A DNA stretch of 25,199 nucleotides from positions 1 to 25,199 of the IMG/VR virus record IMGVR_UViG_3300025673_000019; one strand, given 5' to 3'. The position numbers were made by a program, and so were the translations under genes. This document shows, piece after piece, positions 25,100-25,199 of this stretch (positions are counted from its first letter, which is position 1; each line of letters begins with the position of its first letter). The notes under the pieces are model-generated. The model saw only the letters and a program-made list of their open reading frames with translations, ran no database searches and was not told the DNA's origin. This DNA is from a virus (taxonomy: Duplodnaviria > Caudoviricetes).

Positions 25100-25199
25100 C
25101 TATAGTAAAAATTCAATTTCCACCGATGGCATGGTGGGTTGTGGGTTGGTTTCTTTGTGCCATTTCTTAGGCTTGGTTCTGGTCTGAACCATGTGCCAG
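25100..25199 (-). CDS. Partial (3' end) protein, possibly YqaJ/lambda-exonuclease-like
   Basis: WHMVQTRTKPKKWHKETNPQPTMPSVEIEFLL*. The 'W..V....P' ending and position before the SSB-like gene are only suggestive. Confidence 0.35.
   Translation of the reverse strand, partial: WHMVQTRTKPKKWHKETNPQPTMPSVEIEFLL

Larger units (their letters stand above)
1..25199. mobile_element. Temperate siphovirus-like phage genome segment, apparently excised form (intact attP)
   Basis: Canonical order terminase-portal-head-neck-tail-fibres-lysis, then integrase and attP. Phage-type genes lie on both sides of the dusA-like att core and no host genes are seen. Confidence 0.93.

Overview
This window is part of a temperate tailed phage genome of siphovirus type. 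From 142 to 21336 on the + strand is one tightly packed late operon: terminase, portal, head, neck, a non-contractile tail with a -1 frameshifted chaperone, tail tip, two fibre modules (one with a three-repeat LamG-like adhesin), and an unusual lysis cassette containing a class-3 lipase, a small lipoprotein and a GH24 lysozyme. A small leftward operon with a sigma70 promoter and palindromic operator converges on it. Next come a structured non-coding stretch, a dusA-associated tyrosine integrase, and an intact attP carrying a replacement 5' end of dusA, which implies the excised/free form and probably a proteobacterial host. Leftward early genes follow (PD-(D/E)xK nuclease-like, zinc finger, SSB-like). 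The most striking unexplained signal is a periodic switch in synonymous third positions in the adhesin gene: G/T on the 5' side and A/C on the 3' side of each repeat's divergent core. All calls come from reading motifs by eye; no database search was run.
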